From assembly GCF_009914755.1 (NCBI RefSeq), contig NC_060934.1: 64,000 nt of DNA. One strand, 5' to 3'. The notes below the pieces were generated by a model that saw only the letters and a list, made by a program, of their open reading frames with translations, was not told where the DNA came from and made no database searches. Origin of the DNA: the human T2T-CHM13v2.0 reference genome, Homo sapiens. Both the position numbers and the translations under genes were made by a program. This document shows, piece after piece, positions 61,229-64,000 of the stretch (positions are counted from its first letter, which is position 1; every line of letters begins with the position of its first letter).

Positions 61229-61591
61229 TGTATTAGTCTGTTCTCATGCTGCTGATAAAGACATACCCGAGACTGGGTAATTTATAAAGGAAAGAGGTTT
61301 AAGGGACTCACAGTTCCACATGGCTGGGGAGGCCTCACAATCATGGCAGAAGATGAGGAAGAGCAAAGAGACGTCTTACATGGTGGCAAGCAAGGGAACA
61401 TGTGCAAAGGAACTCCCCTTTATGAAACCATCAGATCTTGTGAGGATTATTTACTATCATGAGAAGAGCATGGGAAAGACCCGCCCCCATGATTCAATTA
61501 CCTCCCACCAGGTCCCTCCCATGACACGTGATAATTATGGGAGCTACAATTCAAGATGAAATTTGGGTGGGGACACAGCCAAAGCATATCA
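61229..61591 (-). mobile_element. THE1B/C solo LTR
   Basis: tgtattagtctgttctc ... aaagcatatca; TSD tacag/cacag. Confidence 0.93.
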
Positions 61592-62869
61592 CACAGTTTC
61601 TCAAAAGTTTGTTTCGCAAAGCTTCCTCCCAGTCTCCTTGGATGTCCTGCAGTTCAACTGCAGTGGAGCAGTGAGTCTGAATGCACTCTATACCCCTTCT
61701 CCTTAAGACTCCAGTTCAGTATTTATTAGGAGATTTGCATCCCCACACAAGGCAGGGAAGTCTGAATCTCAGCTTTGGTGATGAAAGTGTTAATTACTAT
61801 CGGAAGCCAGTCTAGATTTTATGCATTTTGCTGGCCTTACTAGTCATTGAATATACACCACTTTGGAAAAGAGAAAAACTTAGGAGATATTCATAACAGT
61901 TATCATTGATATATATGTTTACCTAGTTACTTACTTTATTTATTTTGTTAAATACAAGTCAGTTAAGTTTCAACCATGTTGTTGATCGCTATGAGAGAAT
62001 CAACAAATAAATGCAAAAGAGTGAATGTATATTTTGTTAGCGTGTGGCTCTTTTTTTTACCCTGTGTGCAGCCATGGTACATTGACTGTCAATTGCAACC
62101 ATCTTCCTTAGTGACTCCCACATCTTTAAATGTGCACTTTGCCACAATACCCACATTCTCTTGCCCCTGAAAACAGACTAATTGAGAGGGCGTGCTGTAT
62201 CACAAAGCATGATTTGCCTAAAAAAAAAGATTGCCATCTCGCTCATTAATTTTACATTACCATACTGTGCTTCTATTGATGTTATCACAATGCTTTCTAC
62301 AGCTGCTTACTGCGATTGCAAAAATACACAGATTGTTCTGTCATTAAGAAGAGTAAACGATTTTTTGAGTGATGTAAGGAAAGGAAAAAGTTTTATGATC
62401 ATTCTCTCTGGCTATGGTAAACTGTTCTTTGATTACAGTATGAGTTTATGTGTAAACAGTTGCGTGTAATATACATCGTGGTAGAGCTACTTCACTGCTC
62501 TGGTGTAATTGAACCATTTTGAGATGTCTTGCTCGCCTGCAGAATGTTAGTTTTATGGCACATAAACGAAAGAGGGTATTGACATTGTTATAAAGATGTG
62601 ACTCCATCTCAATTTTTCCTGTTATTCCTAAATCACTGAAAAATGAATGAGAAAGGATGGCCACAGAGGAACTACCAGAGTAGCTGTCATCATGCAGGCA
62701 TGTCAATAGACCAGAAAACACCACCACCATTGAAAACACTTTGGAAACAAAAACAGTATTTTGTTGTGGAAAAAAAAGTACTGGACTGGAAATCAGAAAA
62801 TGGGTTTGAGATCCCAATCTGTCACTTATTTATGGAACACTATGGGTAAGTGCAGCATATCCCTTTGCT

Positions 62870-63100
62870 GAGAGCCTGGGCTTTATACATAAGACAGAGC
62901 TCCACCACTTACATCGATGGGTGACCTTGAGCAAAGAACTCCATGCGCCTCAGTTTACTTCATCTAGGAAAGTGGGATAATAATAGTACCCAACCCATGA
63001 AGTTGTAAATATTACATGCAATAATGCATGCAAAGTGCTTAGCACAGTGTCTGCTAGACAACAAACATCCAATAAATAATAGATATCATTATTGTTATTA
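62870..63100 (+). mobile_element. MIR (MIRb-like), probably flanked by MIR3 remnants
   Basis: gtgaccttgagcaa, gcctcagtttacttcatct, gggataataatagtacc, aaagtgcttagcacagtg. Confidence 0.85.
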
Positions 63101-63207
63101 AGACATGATTCCTGGGCTTTAAGTTCTTCAGCTCTGTAAGGTAACTAGATGAGACAAGATCTAAGGGCTCATCCAGGTATAGTAGTCTATGACTGAACTA
63201 GAGAATG

Positions 63208-63531
63208 ATTTTATTCATTTACTTATGCATGTATTTATTTGTTTGAGAGGGTCTTGCTCTGTCCCCCATGCTGGAGTACAATGATGTGATCCTAGCTCAC
63301 TGCAGCCTCTCTCTTGGGCTTAAAGGGCCTCCCACCCCAGCCTCCAGAGCAGCTAGGACTACAGGTGCATGCCACCACACCTGGCTAATATTTATTTATT
63401 TATTTATTTTTTGTAGAGACAAGATCTTGCTATGTTGCCCAGGTTGGTCTCAAACTCCTGGCCTCAAGCAATCTTCTTGCTTCAGCTTCTCAAAGTGATG
63501 GGATTACAGGCATGAGCCACTGCATCTGGCC
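63208..63531 (-). mobile_element. AluJ
   Basis: Reverse Alu with (TTTA)n linker and tail. Confidence 0.92.
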
Positions 63532-63615
63532 CTGATTATACTTTACAAAAGAATTTCTCACAAAAAGATTCAAATAAAAATCATATGTCATTTTATTCAT
63601 AAAATATATTAATCA

Positions 63616-63913
<298 letters not shown>

Positions 63914-64000
63914 CTATATTTTAGAAAATTTATGTGTGGTAAAGACCTAAAACTAGCAAAAGTGTGGGGATTGAGATTCTGTTTCTCTGTGTTGTTTATC

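Overview
Primate (human-like) genomic DNA, apparently intronic or intergenic and dominated by interspersed repeats. I can support no protein-coding exon, RNA gene or CRISPR array; the ORFs I checked derive from Alu, L1, LTR or microsatellite sequence and the rest look like chance frames. The window holds about 25 Alu copies or fragments, several truncated L1s, L2/MIR remnants, hAT DNA-transposon MITEs (MER3/33, MER1A, MER58, MER45A, MER30, MER5) and about 15 solo or partial LTRs (THE1, MST, MER39, MER41A, MER9, MER21, LTR27/29/40-like), many with readable target-site duplications (TSDs). Family names come from recalled consensus sequences, not a database search. The most unusual signal is a recurring rearrangement scar: at up to five sites a short segment duplicates sequence 0.8-1.6 kb away, and in four of them it sits next to a local fold-back inversion. 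This resembles templated-insertion or template-switch repair. Also present are a three-level nested Alu, a twin-primed L1PB, an AT-rich palindrome, and repeat-poor blocks with candidate enhancer motifs. I do not see evidence for a new gene system.
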